A DNA stretch of 64,000 nt from assembly GCA_963813895.1 (NCBI GenBank), contig CAWFAS010000004.1, forward strand, positions 453,100-517,099. The letters are read 5' to 3'. Shown one piece after another: positions 23,626 to 33,780 of this stretch. The first letter of the stretch is position 1. Each line of letters begins with the position of its first letter. The notes below the pieces were generated by a model. That model saw only the letters and a program-made list of their open reading frames with translations. It had not been told where the DNA came from and ran no database searches. This stretch comes from an uncultured Gammaproteobacteria bacterium (GTDB taxonomy: Bacteria > Pseudomonadota > Gammaproteobacteria > JAURND01). A program made the translations under genes and the position numbers.

Positions 23626-24351
23626 ATGATATCTGTGGCAGAGCAAAGTGTAGGTAGTTATTTTCGTCCAACAACCCTAAAAAAGGGAACAAATCATAAA
23701 AATAATGCTTTTTATCAATCACTAAAAGCTTCCGGACTTCAGAAATTAGCTAAGACGGGAGGGCTAGACACAAATTGTGATTTAAAATTATTAGCGCCTT
23801 ATTTCTCGCAAGGTAAATCTATTTTAGAAGTTGGCGCAGGTTATGGAAGAGTCATAGATTATTTATTAACATATAATTTTTCAAAAAATATTACAGGAAT
23901 TGAGCGATGCAGTGGAATGCACAACTATCTAAAGACGCGTTATAAAAGTAATAATAATATAAACTTATTACAGTGCGATTTATTTAACCTTAGCCAAACC
24001 ATAACCTACAAGAAATTTGACGTTATATTATGGTTATGGGGTGGAATTTACGATTTTTCTCCCTTAGAACAACAAAGAGCAGTAGAAATTCTATCAAAAC
24101 TTCTTAATAAAAATGGCACACTAATTTTAGACACCCTTACTGAAGGAACAACTCCACTTGGCGCTAAAAGAAGCGGGAAAATAACCGATGGGGAATACCT
24201 TCTTAAAAGCAATAATGCAACAATACGCGTGTATGGCCCATCTATGCTAGAAATAAGACAATATGCTTTTTTATCGGGACTTTCTAACGTTCAACATATT
24301 AATTTCTATACTGACACTAAAAGGGAAAGGGCTCTACATGTGCTTAGTTAA
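23626..24351 (+). CDS. class I SAM-dependent methyltransferase
   Basis: Motif I ILEVGAGYGRVIDYL and motif II-like NITGIE. Confidence 0.65.
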   Translation: MISVAEQSVGSYFRPTTLKKGTNHKNNAFYQSLKASGLQKLAKTGGLDTNCDLKLLAPYFSQGKSILEVGAGYGRVIDYLLTYNFSKNITGIERCSGMHNYLKTRYKSNNNINLLQCDLFNLSQTITYKKFDVILWLWGGIYDFSPLEQQRAVEILSKLLNKNGTLILDTLTEGTTPLGAKRSGKITDGEYLLKSNNATIRVYGPSMLEIRQYAFLSGLSNVQHINFYTDTKRERALHVLS

Positions 24352-25730
24352 TGTCCAACTCGAATACATCCTTTAACAAAAGAGCACATGTCAGGAAATT
24401 CTTTATGAACTATGCCGTCAACAGTACTCAGCAAGTGCTTATCTTCTAAAGGCATTTCACCGCTATTTCTTATACCCATGTGTAATTCAACATTATTATG
24501 AAAGTAATCGAATTTTGCCAATTGAAAAACATCATAATAAGGGGTACCACCAATATTAAATCTATCGGAAATAAATTCTTGCTGATAACGCATTAACAGT
24601 GACCTAATTTCATGAAGATCAGATACATAACTGCTTCTGGACCGTGAATGCGGAGTAAATCCAGGAGCGGTCGGAAATTGTAAAGAATAATAAAGGGGGT
24701 TTCCCTGAGGATTATACATATCAAATATTTCTGGATGCATAATAATTGGCGGATAATTCCTAATCTCATACTCGTTCGTATAAACATACTGCAAACCTGC
24801 TATTGGCGCGGATAAATTGTCCCGCGCCGGGACAAAAGCTGGCTGAGCTCCAACAGCTACATTTATGAGGTACCTCACAGTATCAACAATATATGCACTT
24901 GGTTTACCTTGGTATTCATTCAATATAATTGAGAACACTAAATTCCATAGGGGTTGGTTACGTAAAAATTCACCGTTAACCCAAATAGAGCGATCGAAAT
25001 AATGATAAAATTCCCTCCAATCCGGGTCACTCAAATGATCAAACCATCGTTTTGAAAAAAATAAAATTTCTGCATTCCATGATTGAGTAAATCGGGGATG
25101 ATTAGCAATCTGTCGAAAAATTTCCCAATGCGTCATTAATGATTTAGGTGTATTCACTGATAAATCAAATAGTTTTCTTAGTTTGAAGTGTTTTTTTTCT
25201 TCGGAAATTTTTGGCAGCATAAATATTGAACGAGCCCCTGCTGTCAAGTCCCAAATAAAAATTGGTTGATGTGTTTTTCCAGGATTTAACATTCGCCAAG
25301 CTCCAAATACCTGACCCGGGTAAATCAAACCTTGAAAAGGTACAGTTCGTTCTTCAAGAGGTAAAAAAAGTTCAAAGGTATTGTGCAATACACACGCAAC
25401 CGGATTAGAATTCCCATTATAATCCAAACCCTCGCGTACTTTGGAATCTATGGACGGATCCGTCAGAGGCACAATATCTCCCTTTGCATTGGGCAACATC
25501 AATAAAGCCCGCCTCAACAACAAACTTCCATAGGGATATGTAGTTTTAGCTAACCAATATTCTTTACCAGGATTTAATCGATCAATAATCCTAGCAAATT
25601 CAGGATTAACTTTAGCCACCTGTTCCCTGACCTGGTCCCAAGTTTGAATTTCCAACTTTCCTTTAAAAGCTAAGCTCATGATCGTATCCAAATTAATTAT
25701 AAAGAAATTTCCCTTAGGGCCTGTCGTCAC
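24348..25730 (-). CDS. hypothetical protein (460 aa)
   Basis: Long ORF convergent with, and overlapping by 4 nt, the methyltransferase gene. No recognisable motif. Confidence 0.5.
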   Translation of the reverse strand: MTTGPKGNFFIINLDTIMSLAFKGKLEIQTWDQVREQVAKVNPEFARIIDRLNPGKEYWLAKTTYPYGSLLLRRALLMLPNAKGDIVPLTDPSIDSKVREGLDYNGNSNPVACVLHNTFELFLPLEERTVPFQGLIYPGQVFGAWRMLNPGKTHQPIFIWDLTAGARSIFMLPKISEEKKHFKLRKLFDLSVNTPKSLMTHWEIFRQIANHPRFTQSWNAEILFFSKRWFDHLSDPDWREFYHYFDRSIWVNGEFLRNQPLWNLVFSIILNEYQGKPSAYIVDTVRYLINVAVGAQPAFVPARDNLSAPIAGLQYVYTNEYEIRNYPPIIMHPEIFDMYNPQGNPLYYSLQFPTAPGFTPHSRSRSSYVSDLHEIRSLLMRYQQEFISDRFNIGGTPYYDVFQLAKFDYFHNNVELHMGIRNSGEMPLEDKHLLSTVDGIVHKEFPDMCSFVKGCIRVGH

Positions 25731-25893
25731 AGCTCCCCGTTACGTCGTCCCGCGGCTTGTCCGCGGGATCCAGGGGGCTTGGCAAATGATTTCCTTGCGC
25801 TCTCAGCAAGTTTTAGGCTCTTTCTGGATCCCGCGGACAAGCCGCGGGACGACGTAACGGGGAGCTGTGACGACAGGCCCTAATACCCTTGTA
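25723..25893. repeat. family D ~170-bp perfect palindrome (cgtcgtcccgcggcttgtccgcgggatcc arms)
   Basis: A second copy lies at 39075..39245. Partial copies lie at 49605..49690 and 27525..27600. Confidence 0.85.
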
Positions 25894-25925
25894 CTGAGCA
25901 CCAAAAAAGTCCGGTCAAATCTATT

Positions 25926-27332
25926 TCACACCCCAGCCTCAATCATACGCCTTAATTTAGGCGCCAACAAAATCAAACAAAAAGCTACAAATAAAGTAAA
26001 CCCGGAAATGAAAACAAATTGGCTCACATATGGTATACCTGAAATCGGTAAAATTTGATCCACCGTCTCCGATAATTTAGCAAGTAAACTACTAACATAA
26101 CCACCCATGCCAATAAATAAAAACCAGCATCCCATCATAGTTGTTTTCATTCCGGGCGGCGTTATATCGCTGACAGCTGTGTAAATGGCGGGTACGATTA
26201 CCACCTCTCCGGCACTCAACAATAGAATTCCTAAAATTAACCCTAACACAATAAAATTTGTCGCAGCAGCAAAAGCAAAGCAGGCGATTCCTAAAGCGCC
26301 GAGCAAGATCCCCACGGCCAGTTTATAAACCACCAGCAATTTTATTCCTCGCGATCTCAATTTGAACAAGGAATAAGTAATTAGTGGTGCCTGCAACAGC
26401 ACAAAAAGACAATATAGCGTACTGAAGGTACTAGCCGGTACTTTTGTAGAAATGACGCCCTGCTGAATTTTAGATTGTAAAAATAAAGTGATAGTCGTAC
26501 CAATCTGCATACCAGCCGCAAAATAAAACATGCCAAAGAAACTGATAACTAACAATGCCAGCAATCGCTGACGAATCACGCCTTTATGTTTAATAATCAT
26601 CAAAAATATATAGCTGATACTAGCAGCAAAAAATATTCCCACTACAACATTTAACGAACCAGAATAATAAAATGGCAAACTCAGCAATAGACAGCCTATA
26701 ATCAGAGCCAGATAGATTAACTGAACCTGTTTGATTTTTATTTTAAAACGTTGGGAATTATCTTCACAGCTTCGCCAATTAAATAAGAATAAAACCAGCC
26801 CCATGCTAAGACCTATAGCGCTGCATAAAAAGCCCATATTCCAGCCGATCGCATAAACTACAAAACCATACACTAGCGGGCCCAAACTGCCACCGAGATT
26901 GACAGCCAAATATAACCAAGTAAATCCCGCCTCTTTACGTGCTGCCCCTTCAGGATACAGTGTACCCACCAAATGAGTTGCCGTACTTTTATAAAGACCT
27001 GAACCCACTAAGGAAGTGGCCAAACCTAGACAGAAAAAATATCGATGATAAGAAATGAGTAACAAATTACCTACAATATTTAACAACCCGCCTAACAGCA
27101 AAGTGTTGCGACTACCTAACCATTTATCTCCCAATACCCCACCCATAATCGGAATGGCATAAGTAAAAGCAGCATAAGCTCCATATAATAAAATACTTTC
27201 ACCGCGAGGTAATTTAAATACCTGCATGAAATACAAAACTAAAATAGTTTGTGTGCCATAATAGCTAAATGTATCCCACAATTTGCCAAAAGAAAGAATC
27301 CATAAAGTCTTGGGGTGCTTAAATAATTCCAT
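25926..27332 (-). CDS. POT/PTR2-family proton-dependent oligopeptide transporter (MFS)
   Basis: WDTFSYYGTQTILVLYF...GGVLGDKWLG matches the POT signature (ExxERFxYYG-like). Multiple TM segments. Confidence 0.75.
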   Translation of the reverse strand: MELFKHPKTLWILSFGKLWDTFSYYGTQTILVLYFMQVFKLPRGESILLYGAYAAFTYAIPIMGGVLGDKWLGSRNTLLLGGLLNIVGNLLLISYHRYFFCLGLATSLVGSGLYKSTATHLVGTLYPEGAARKEAGFTWLYLAVNLGGSLGPLVYGFVVYAIGWNMGFLCSAIGLSMGLVLFLFNWRSCEDNSQRFKIKIKQVQLIYLALIIGCLLLSLPFYYSGSLNVVVGIFFAASISYIFLMIIKHKGVIRQRLLALLVISFFGMFYFAAGMQIGTTITLFLQSKIQQGVISTKVPASTFSTLYCLFVLLQAPLITYSLFKLRSRGIKLLVVYKLAVGILLGALGIACFAFAAATNFIVLGLILGILLLSAGEVVIVPAIYTAVSDITPPGMKTTMMGCWFLFIGMGGYVSSLLAKLSETVDQILPISGIPYVSQFVFISGFTLFVAFCLILLAPKLRRMIEAGV

Positions 27333-27383
27333 GTGTTTGTTTGCCGGTTTGTAATATGACAGAATACAGCCTAATTATTAACT

Positions 27384-27676
27384 ATACCCGATACACTTAG
27401 GATTGCGGTGTTAGAGTAGTCCAGCTTGTGCTGAGATTTATGAAGTACATCCTGTACTTCACCCTTCGGGCCGCTGTCGCGTTCAAATTTGTTCCTACAA
27501 ATTTGTGTTCGATCTGATTGAGTAAAAACGCAGGAATAGTCGACTTGTCGTCCCGGCATGGAAGCCGGGACGACTATGTCGGTTATTCTTATTTCGAGTT
27601 TTTACGATTGAAGATCGGACGAAGATCAGTGCAAGATGGGCTGCTCTAACACCGCAATCCTAAGTGTATCGGGTAT
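27384..27676. repeat. MITE bounded by an inverted pair of family E palindromes, with a family D-like fragment inside
   Basis: atacccgatacacttaggattgcggtgttagag at 27384 and its reverse complement at 27644. The internal segment gtcgtcccggcatggaagccgggacgac is family D-like. Confidence 0.7.
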
Positions 27677-27722
27677 TATACAATACCAATAGCAGAAGAA
27701 CACCCCACTTAAGGATAATACA

Positions 27723-28397
27723 ATGGAAGAAACCCAAACCAAGACCTGGCAAACCGTCCTGGCTTATGAAAAACACCAGCCCTATTTTCAAAAAATTCTT
27801 GATTTTCTTAAAACAGAACAGGCTACCGGCAAAAAAATCTATCCTAAATCTGCCGATATTTTTAACGCGTTTAAATACACTCCATTTGAAAATGTCAATG
27901 TCGTGATCATCGGTCAAGACCCTTATCATGGAGCTAATCAGGCACATGGTTTGTGTTTTTCGGTCCAACCGGGCATTGCTACTCCACCCTCCTTACATAA
28001 TATTTTTCTGGAACTGCAAACTGATCTCGCCAACCCCTTACCCTCTCACGGTTGCCTGGAAAAATGGGCTAAACAAGGTGTTTTACTATTAAATGCTGTA
28101 TTAACTGTAGAGTCTGGCAAGCCTCAGTCACACGCCAATATAGGTTGGGAAACTTTTACTGATAAAGTGATTCATATTTTGAACGAAGAAAAAGAAGGTG
28201 TGATTTTCTTATTGTGGGGATCCTCAGCACAGCGCAAAGGGCAATTTATAGATGCCTCCAAACATCATATCCTCAAAGCGCCCCATCCCTCACCTCTATC
28301 AGCTCATCGCGGTTTTTTGGGTTGCCGACATTTTTCTGCTACCAATCAATTATTAAAACAACAGGGTAAACCGGAAATTGACTGGAGTTTGGATTAG
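27723..28397 (+). CDS. ung: uracil-DNA glycosylase
   Basis: [21 protein letters not shown] and the HPSPLS motif. Confidence 0.95.
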   Translation: MEETQTKTWQTVLAYEKHQPYFQKILDFLKTEQATGKKIYPKSADIFNAFKYTPFENVNVVIIGQDPYHGANQAHGLCFSVQPGIATPPSLHNIFLELQTDLANPLPSHGCLEKWAKQGVLLLNAVLTVESGKPQSHANIGWETFTDKVIHILNEEKEGVIFLLWGSSAQRKGQFIDASKHHILKAPHPSPLSAHRGFLGCRHFSATNQLLKQQGKPEIDWSLD

Positions 28398-28430
28398 ATT
28401 GTATTTCTTTATTTGTAACTATTCAGCATA

Positions 28431-28594
28431 TTAACCAAAGAGCCAATAGAAACCGCCCCCATCCTAACCTTCCCCCGCAAGCGGGGGAAGGAACTGTTGG
28501 GCAGAAAACTAAAAGTCCGCTCCTTATAGTCCCTTCCCCCGCAAGCGGGGGAAGGTTAGGATGGGGGCGGTTTCTATTGGCTCTTTGGTTAATA
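28431..28594. repeat. family A element with perfect TIR ttaaccaaagagccaatagaaaccgcccccatcctaacc
   Basis: Full-length copy. Flanked by ggctctttggttaatatgctaaatagttat, as at 23270. Confidence 0.85.
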
Positions 28595-28840
28595 TGCTAA
28601 ATAGTTATGTTTATTTTAAGTTGTTTTACCAAACGTCTTTTATACATAGACCTTTAATCCCCGCCAGCTGGCGGGGGCACCCTATCCTCACCCAGAAACT
28701 CCCGTTACATTAGGATCCATTGCCACAGACATGCCCCCCCTACGCCTTCTAATCAGCTATTGACCCAACCCCCCAATAAATACGGTATTTAATATCACCA
28801 ACAATCATGCTACAAATATTCATCAGATCATTAAAATAGA

Positions 28841-30835
28841 GTGCTTATAATGAATTGGCTTTCTCAAACCACACGTTTTTTACAATTAGATCTACCTCTC
28901 GGTAAAGAAACATTAATGCCTATTAACTTTTCAGGCAGTGAAACTTTATCGCAGCCTTTTAATTTCAGCCTGCAGGCCATTTCGGATAATATCAATATCG
29001 ACCCCGCAGCTATCCTCGGCAAACCCATTACCCTTAGCATCCACACCAATGATCGCGGTCTAATCCGCTACTTCAATGGCTACGTTACTAAATTCCACGC
29101 CGAGCAAGTGGTTGAAGGCAACCGCTATTACCGCGCAGAAATTCAACCCTGGCTATCCTTCCTAAATTTCAGCAGTGACTGCCAAGTGTTCCAGCAAAAA
29201 ACGGTCGTGCAAATCGCCGAAGCAATCTTTAAACAATTCAAGTTTACCCACTTTGACACTACCGGGCTGTCAAACTCCTACAAACCTCGCAACTATTGCG
29301 TCCAATACCGTGAAACGTCATTACATTTTCTCTCACGATTATTTCAAGAAGAAGGTATTTATTATTTCTTTAAGCATGAAGACGGCAAACACACCCTGAT
29401 GCTGGCTGATTCACCAACCGCCATCAAACCTGCCACCGACGCATTGGCGGTTTATACCGCAGGCTCCCATCAAGCCCCAGCTATTACTCAGTTCACGCGC
29501 CAATATCAGTTCTACAGTGGCAAGGCCGCCCACACCGACTATAATCATACAACGCCGGATAATTCACTGCATGCCCAACAACAAGGCAGCGCTAAACTAA
29601 AAGCAGCTGAAAATTACGAACAATTTGATTACCCCGGTCTATATGAAGACAACAGCAGCGGTAATTCACGCGCACAACAGCGCTTCGAAGCCCAAGAGGC
29701 GCAATATGATTCACTTCACGGGAAAAGTAATTACGTCAGTTTCAGTTGCGGCTCTAAATTCTCCATAGAAAACGCTCCCGCTGCCAGCGACAACGGCGAT
29801 TACGCCATCACCACCGTCATGCACTACGCCACTGATGGCAGCTACTTGCACGACGATACAGGCAACCAATCTTATTACAATACCTTCATCTGCATCCCCG
29901 CCACTACTCCCTACCAATCCTCAATCCATTACCATAAACCCCTCGTCCATGGCGCCCAATCAGCATGGGTGGTCGGTGGACCTAATGAAGAACTGGAAAC
30001 CAGTGATTACGGGCAAGTTAAAGTCCAATTCCATTGGGATAGAAAGGGCAAGAAAGATGAATACAGCTCCTGCTGGCTACGCGTTGCGCAGCTATGGGCA
30101 GGCAAAAACTGGGGCGCCTTATTTATCCCCCGTATCGGCCAGGAAGTCTTAGTGCATTTTTTAGAAGGCGATCCTGATCGACCGGTGATCATGGGCACAG
30201 TTTACAATGCAGATAATATGCCCCCCTACTCTTTACCAGGCTCACAGTCACGCAGCGGCATACGCACTTCTTCTACCAAAGGCGCAGCTGCAGATGAATA
30301 TAATGAACTGTATTTTGAAGACCGGCATAACTCTGAAGAAATTTATATTCAGGCGCAGAAAGATTTTAATAAGCTGGTGAAGAACAATCTTGGGGTGAAG
30401 GTGCAGAATGATCATACTCATGTGACCAAACATGATTCAAGCATCACCGTGGGCAATGATCATAGCCACACCACAAGCAATAACTCAACAGTTAGCGTCG
30501 GACATGATTTTATGCATAGCACTGCAAATAACTCTTTTGTCAGTGTAAGCCAAAACTATACTCAGTCTACTGGTAGTAATTCTACGCATACAGTAGCCAA
30601 AGATTACAGCCATGAAACAGGTAATAATGCTACTCAAATTGTCGGCAACGATTATACCCACCTTACCGGAAACAGCGTTAATCAAGATATAGCTCAAAAT
30701 TTAAATATCACCATTGGAAATACTGGCACGATGCAAGCAAAGCAATCCATCACCCTACGAGTAGGGGGAAATAGTTTATTAATTAACATGAAAGGTATTT
30801 TCATTAATGGAACAGAAGTAAAAGTGAATGAATAA
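28841..30835 (+). CDS. vgrG: VgrG-like spike protein (gp27/gp5 fusion) of a type VI secretion / phage tail-like system
   Basis: The N-terminus MNWLSQTTRFLQLDLPLGKETLMPINFSGSETLSQPFNFSLQAISDN, then ...GIYYFFKHEDGKHTLMLADS and ...RVAQLWAGKNWGALFIPRIGQEVLVHFLEGDPDRPVIMGTVYNADNMPPY, form the VgrG core. The C-terminus carries beta-helix repeats (TVGNDHSHTTSNNSTVSVGHD...). An alternative ATG lies at 28850. Confidence 0.85.
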   Translation: MLIMNWLSQTTRFLQLDLPLGKETLMPINFSGSETLSQPFNFSLQAISDNINIDPAAILGKPITLSIHTNDRGLIRYFNGYVTKFHAEQVVEGNRYYRAEIQPWLSFLNFSSDCQVFQQKTVVQIAEAIFKQFKFTHFDTTGLSNSYKPRNYCVQYRETSLHFLSRLFQEEGIYYFFKHEDGKHTLMLADSPTAIKPATDALAVYTAGSHQAPAITQFTRQYQFYSGKAAHTDYNHTTPDNSLHAQQQGSAKLKAAENYEQFDYPGLYEDNSSGNSRAQQRFEAQEAQYDSLHGKSNYVSFSCGSKFSIENAPAASDNGDYAITTVMHYATDGSYLHDDTGNQSYYNTFICIPATTPYQSSIHYHKPLVHGAQSAWVVGGPNEELETSDYGQVKVQFHWDRKGKKDEYSSCWLRVAQLWAGKNWGALFIPRIGQEVLVHFLEGDPDRPVIMGTVYNADNMPPYSLPGSQSRSGIRTSSTKGAAADEYNELYFEDRHNSEEIYIQAQKDFNKLVKNNLGVKVQNDHTHVTKHDSSITVGNDHSHTTSNNSTVSVGHDFMHSTANNSFVSVSQNYTQSTGSNSTHTVAKDYSHETGNNATQIVGNDYTHLTGNSVNQDIAQNLNITIGNTGTMQAKQSITLRVGGNSLLINMKGIFINGTEVKVNE

Positions 30836-30892
30836 TCGCACTCTCCTCTAGCTTAGGCTTTGTTGAATAATTCATTTAACCATTGCAGGAAA

Positions 30893-31015
30893 GCACTGTA
30901 TCCCCTCTCCCCTTGCGTGAGAGGGAACATAGAGTTTTGGATAGTTAGGAAGAAAATTATTCAACAAAGCACCTTGCGGGAGAAGGGAATCCATCTGGGA
31001 ATTATTCAACAACGC
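30893..31015. repeat. GGGAGAGGG/gaattattcaacaa-type palindromic repeat
   Basis: cccctctccccttgcgtgagaggg...ccttgcgggagaaggg with flanking ttgttgaataattc / gaattattcaacaa. Confidence 0.65.
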
Positions 31016-31066
31016 CTCTAGCTTACGACAAGATAATTAAGAGAATACAACTGAAAGGAAATTTTT

Positions 31067-31948
31067 ATGACAAAATCACCTGCCCGAATAAAAGATCGAG
31101 TCATTAACCCTTACCATGGAGATGGGTTAATTGACTCAGGCAATCCTACCGTCACTTTTGAAGGGCAACCTATCGCTTGTGCAGGTGATTACGCAATATT
31201 TGAGGATGGCGTTCAAGGAGTTATCATCGAAGGAAATGCCTGCGTGATGGTTAATGGAAAACGCATTGCCTTGTTAGGCGATAACACTCTATTGAATGGA
31301 GTGATATGCAAGGGTGCCAAAACTATACAGGTTAAGGAAGGTAAGCCTTTTGTATTCCTTGGAGCAAATGTACATATTGGAAAAAATGTTTCATTCAATT
31401 GCCGGTCAGATACAACCGTTGCTGACGCTAAGAAAGAAGATGAAGAATATATTTATTATGTGGTGAATTCTATTGGGGGGAAAGTAACGTTAGCAACGTT
31501 TGGGGTATGGCAAATATTGGACTCCATTGCAAACATTGATCTGGGCGAGTATTTTGAAGAGGATCGCTGGGAAGAAGATCCAGAAGAAGGTGGAATTAGT
31601 AATGCGGGTCGCCCAAAAGCAGCAACAGTTACTATTATTGCAGCAGCCGCAAATGAAGCAAATCAAATTAGCATGCGACAGGAGCTTATATCCAAGATTA
31701 AATTATTGCATCCCATAACAAAATCCCACATAACAACTTCAGCCGGTGAATTATTAAAAGCGGTATATAACGTATATGACGCTGAAGTTTATAGCGCAAG
31801 ATTATATGATATTAATCCTATTGGGATCTACAAAGATCCGGATTATCAATTTGAAATAAAAAAAATAATGACCGGACCTTCACTTGTTCAAACCCCTAAA
31901 AATGGCTATCACTGGGAATCATTATTTATTTGGGTAGTTAAAAAATGA
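31067..31948 (+). CDS. PAAR-like domain protein with a ~190-aa C-terminal extension (putative toxin)
   Basis: The N-terminal ~100 aa (SPARIKDRV...GQPIACAGD...NGKRIALLGD) fit the PAAR/DUF4150 repeat pattern. It lies immediately downstream of vgrG. The C-terminal domain is unrecognised. Confidence 0.55.
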   Translation: MTKSPARIKDRVINPYHGDGLIDSGNPTVTFEGQPIACAGDYAIFEDGVQGVIIEGNACVMVNGKRIALLGDNTLLNGVICKGAKTIQVKEGKPFVFLGANVHIGKNVSFNCRSDTTVADAKKEDEEYIYYVVNSIGGKVTLATFGVWQILDSIANIDLGEYFEEDRWEEDPEEGGISNAGRPKAATVTIIAAAANEANQISMRQELISKIKLLHPITKSHITTSAGELLKAVYNVYDAEVYSARLYDINPIGIYKDPDYQFEIKKIMTGPSLVQTPKNGYHWESLFIWVVKK

Positions 31949-32784
31949 AGCTTATCCAAAAAAAATATTTTTTCCTTTTTATATTCATTTTTTTCATTTC
32001 GTTAATATGGATTCTTCTTTCAAAAGCCAATAATTATAACTCCAATTTAATCGAAAAATATGAGGATGCTATGAATAATGGTTACCTTATTTGTCCTAAA
32101 CCGAATAAACCACCTATTTACGATAATCTACAAAAAGAATTTTCACTGTATTTAACAAAAGCCAAACAAAATGATGCAAAGGGACAATTTATTGTAGGAT
32201 TTGCTTACCTTAACGGTTTGGGCACCTCCATCAATATAGATCAAGGTGAGCATTGGCTTTATAGATCTGCATCCCAAGGATATGCGCCAGCAGAAGCTCT
32301 CTATGGATTTACTTTATTGCAGAAGACGAAGCATCTAGGAATGAATTCTCAAAAAAATAAAATATTACACCAGCAAGAGTTTCAAGAGCCTTTAAAATGG
32401 TTGAAACAATCAGCATTACAAGGCGACAAAACAGGCAAATTTTCTTTAGGCATCTACTATCTCGATACTGACAATTACAATGAAGGGATACGTATCCTGA
32501 ATGAATTAGCGACCCAAGGAAATGATGCTATATCTGCCACTACACAAGTTGTATTAGGTGATATGAGTTTTCATGGCGACGGCTCCGTCCAAGAACTAAC
32601 GCAAGCAATTAATTGGTATAAAAAAGCTCTGAAGCAAAAACCACCCATAATTTATGCTGCAGAAGCAATGATAGCAATGCAGTTTATATATTCTTCACCC
32701 GGTGATTTATATGATGAAAAGCAAGCGGCCTACTGGGAAAAAAGACATGCTGAGTTTATAAAAATACTTAGTTGTGGGGTTTAA
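31945..32784 (+). CDS. Sel1-repeat protein with an N-terminal TM/signal segment (candidate immunity protein)
   Basis: MKLIQKKYFFLFIFIFFISLIWILLS, then Sel1 units (GQFIVGFAYLNGLGTSINIDQGEHWLYRSASQG; GKFSLGIYYL...GIRILNELATQGN). ATGA overlap with the upstream gene. Confidence 0.6.
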   Translation: MKLIQKKYFFLFIFIFFISLIWILLSKANNYNSNLIEKYEDAMNNGYLICPKPNKPPIYDNLQKEFSLYLTKAKQNDAKGQFIVGFAYLNGLGTSINIDQGEHWLYRSASQGYAPAEALYGFTLLQKTKHLGMNSQKNKILHQQEFQEPLKWLKQSALQGDKTGKFSLGIYYLDTDNYNEGIRILNELATQGNDAISATTQVVLGDMSFHGDGSVQELTQAINWYKKALKQKPPIIYAAEAMIAMQFIYSSPGDLYDEKQAAYWEKRHAEFIKILSCGV

Positions 32785-32854
32785 GTAGATCTGCTGGGTC
32801 ACCTCAACAAATCTACTCAAACCGTCTTGCATTAAAAACAAACAAATGTACAAT

Positions 32855-32884
32855 ATACCCGATACACTTAGGATTTCGGTGTAT
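32855..32884. repeat. family E short palindrome
   Basis: atacccgatacacttaggatttcggtgtat. Confidence 0.75.
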
Positions 32885-32967
32885 CCATAAAAAGGTTGCA
32901 AGATTATCAGAAAACAATTGCTATTATTTTTTCTTGTTACCAATGACGTACAAATAAGGAAATCCTA

Positions 32968-33780
32968 ATGAATAAGCCCGATGAATATGTACTAAAAGTA
33001 GGCGCACAGGCTGCAGATAGACTACATTTATTAGATGAAATTTATGGACCCTATACCCGAGAATTTTTAATAAAAGTTGGGTTATCAGCTAATTTACAGA
33101 TTCTCGAAGTGGGTTGTGGAACTGGCAATACAGCTTGTTGGCTTGCTGAACAATTAGGTGAGCATGGAAATGTGACTGGCGTAGATATTAGTTCTGCGCA
33201 AATTGAATTAGCCAGACAGCAAGCTAGTTCCAGAAAAATAAAAAACATTCAATTCAAGGTACTTTCTGCGTCTGATCTTCATGAACTTGATAATCAATTT
33301 GATTTAGTTTTTTCCCGGTTTTTGTTAGTTCACTTAAGTGAACCAACCAAAGCATTGCAAGCAATGTATGAGCGGGTCAAGCCGCAAGGTATTTTAGCTT
33401 GTGATGAACAATTTTTAGCAGCAGCTCGGAGCTACCCCTATTCAAAAGCTTTTAATGATTCTATGCAACTTGCCTATAAGATTGTTAGAAATAAAGGCTT
33501 AGATTATGATTTTGGAGCGCGACTATATACAGAATTTAAAAAATTAAATTTAAATCGCATTCAGATACAAGCCATTCAACCGGTATTATTTCATTCATCG
33601 CAAAAAATTATTTGGCCGATGTTTTTTCAAGAAGCAGAAAATGCTTTTTTAGGGTCACAGGAGATCACTCAAATAGAATGGGATACACTGCTAAACGAAC
33701 TTAGAAAAATTGTTGCTAGCGAAGACTACTATTTTTTACCTATGCAGAATTTCCAAGTCTGGGGCAAAAAACAGAACTGA
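32968..33780 (+). CDS. class I SAM-dependent methyltransferase
   Basis: ILEVGCGTGNTACWLAEQLGEHGNVTGVDIS. Confidence 0.75.
   Translation: MNKPDEYVLKVGAQAADRLHLLDEIYGPYTREFLIKVGLSANLQILEVGCGTGNTACWLAEQLGEHGNVTGVDISSAQIELARQQASSRKIKNIQFKVLSASDLHELDNQFDLVFSRFLLVHLSEPTKALQAMYERVKPQGILACDEQFLAAARSYPYSKAFNDSMQLAYKIVRNKGLDYDFGARLYTEFKKLNLNRIQIQAIQPVLFHSSQKIIWPMFFQEAENAFLGSQEITQIEWDTLLNELRKIVASEDYYFLPMQNFQVWGKKQN

Noticed and set aside
28655-28685. Hairpin ccccgccagctggcgggg as a terminator downstream of ung
   Set aside because: It has no following T-run and lies ~260 bp past the ung stop, beyond a MITE. It is more likely part of the repeat landscape.
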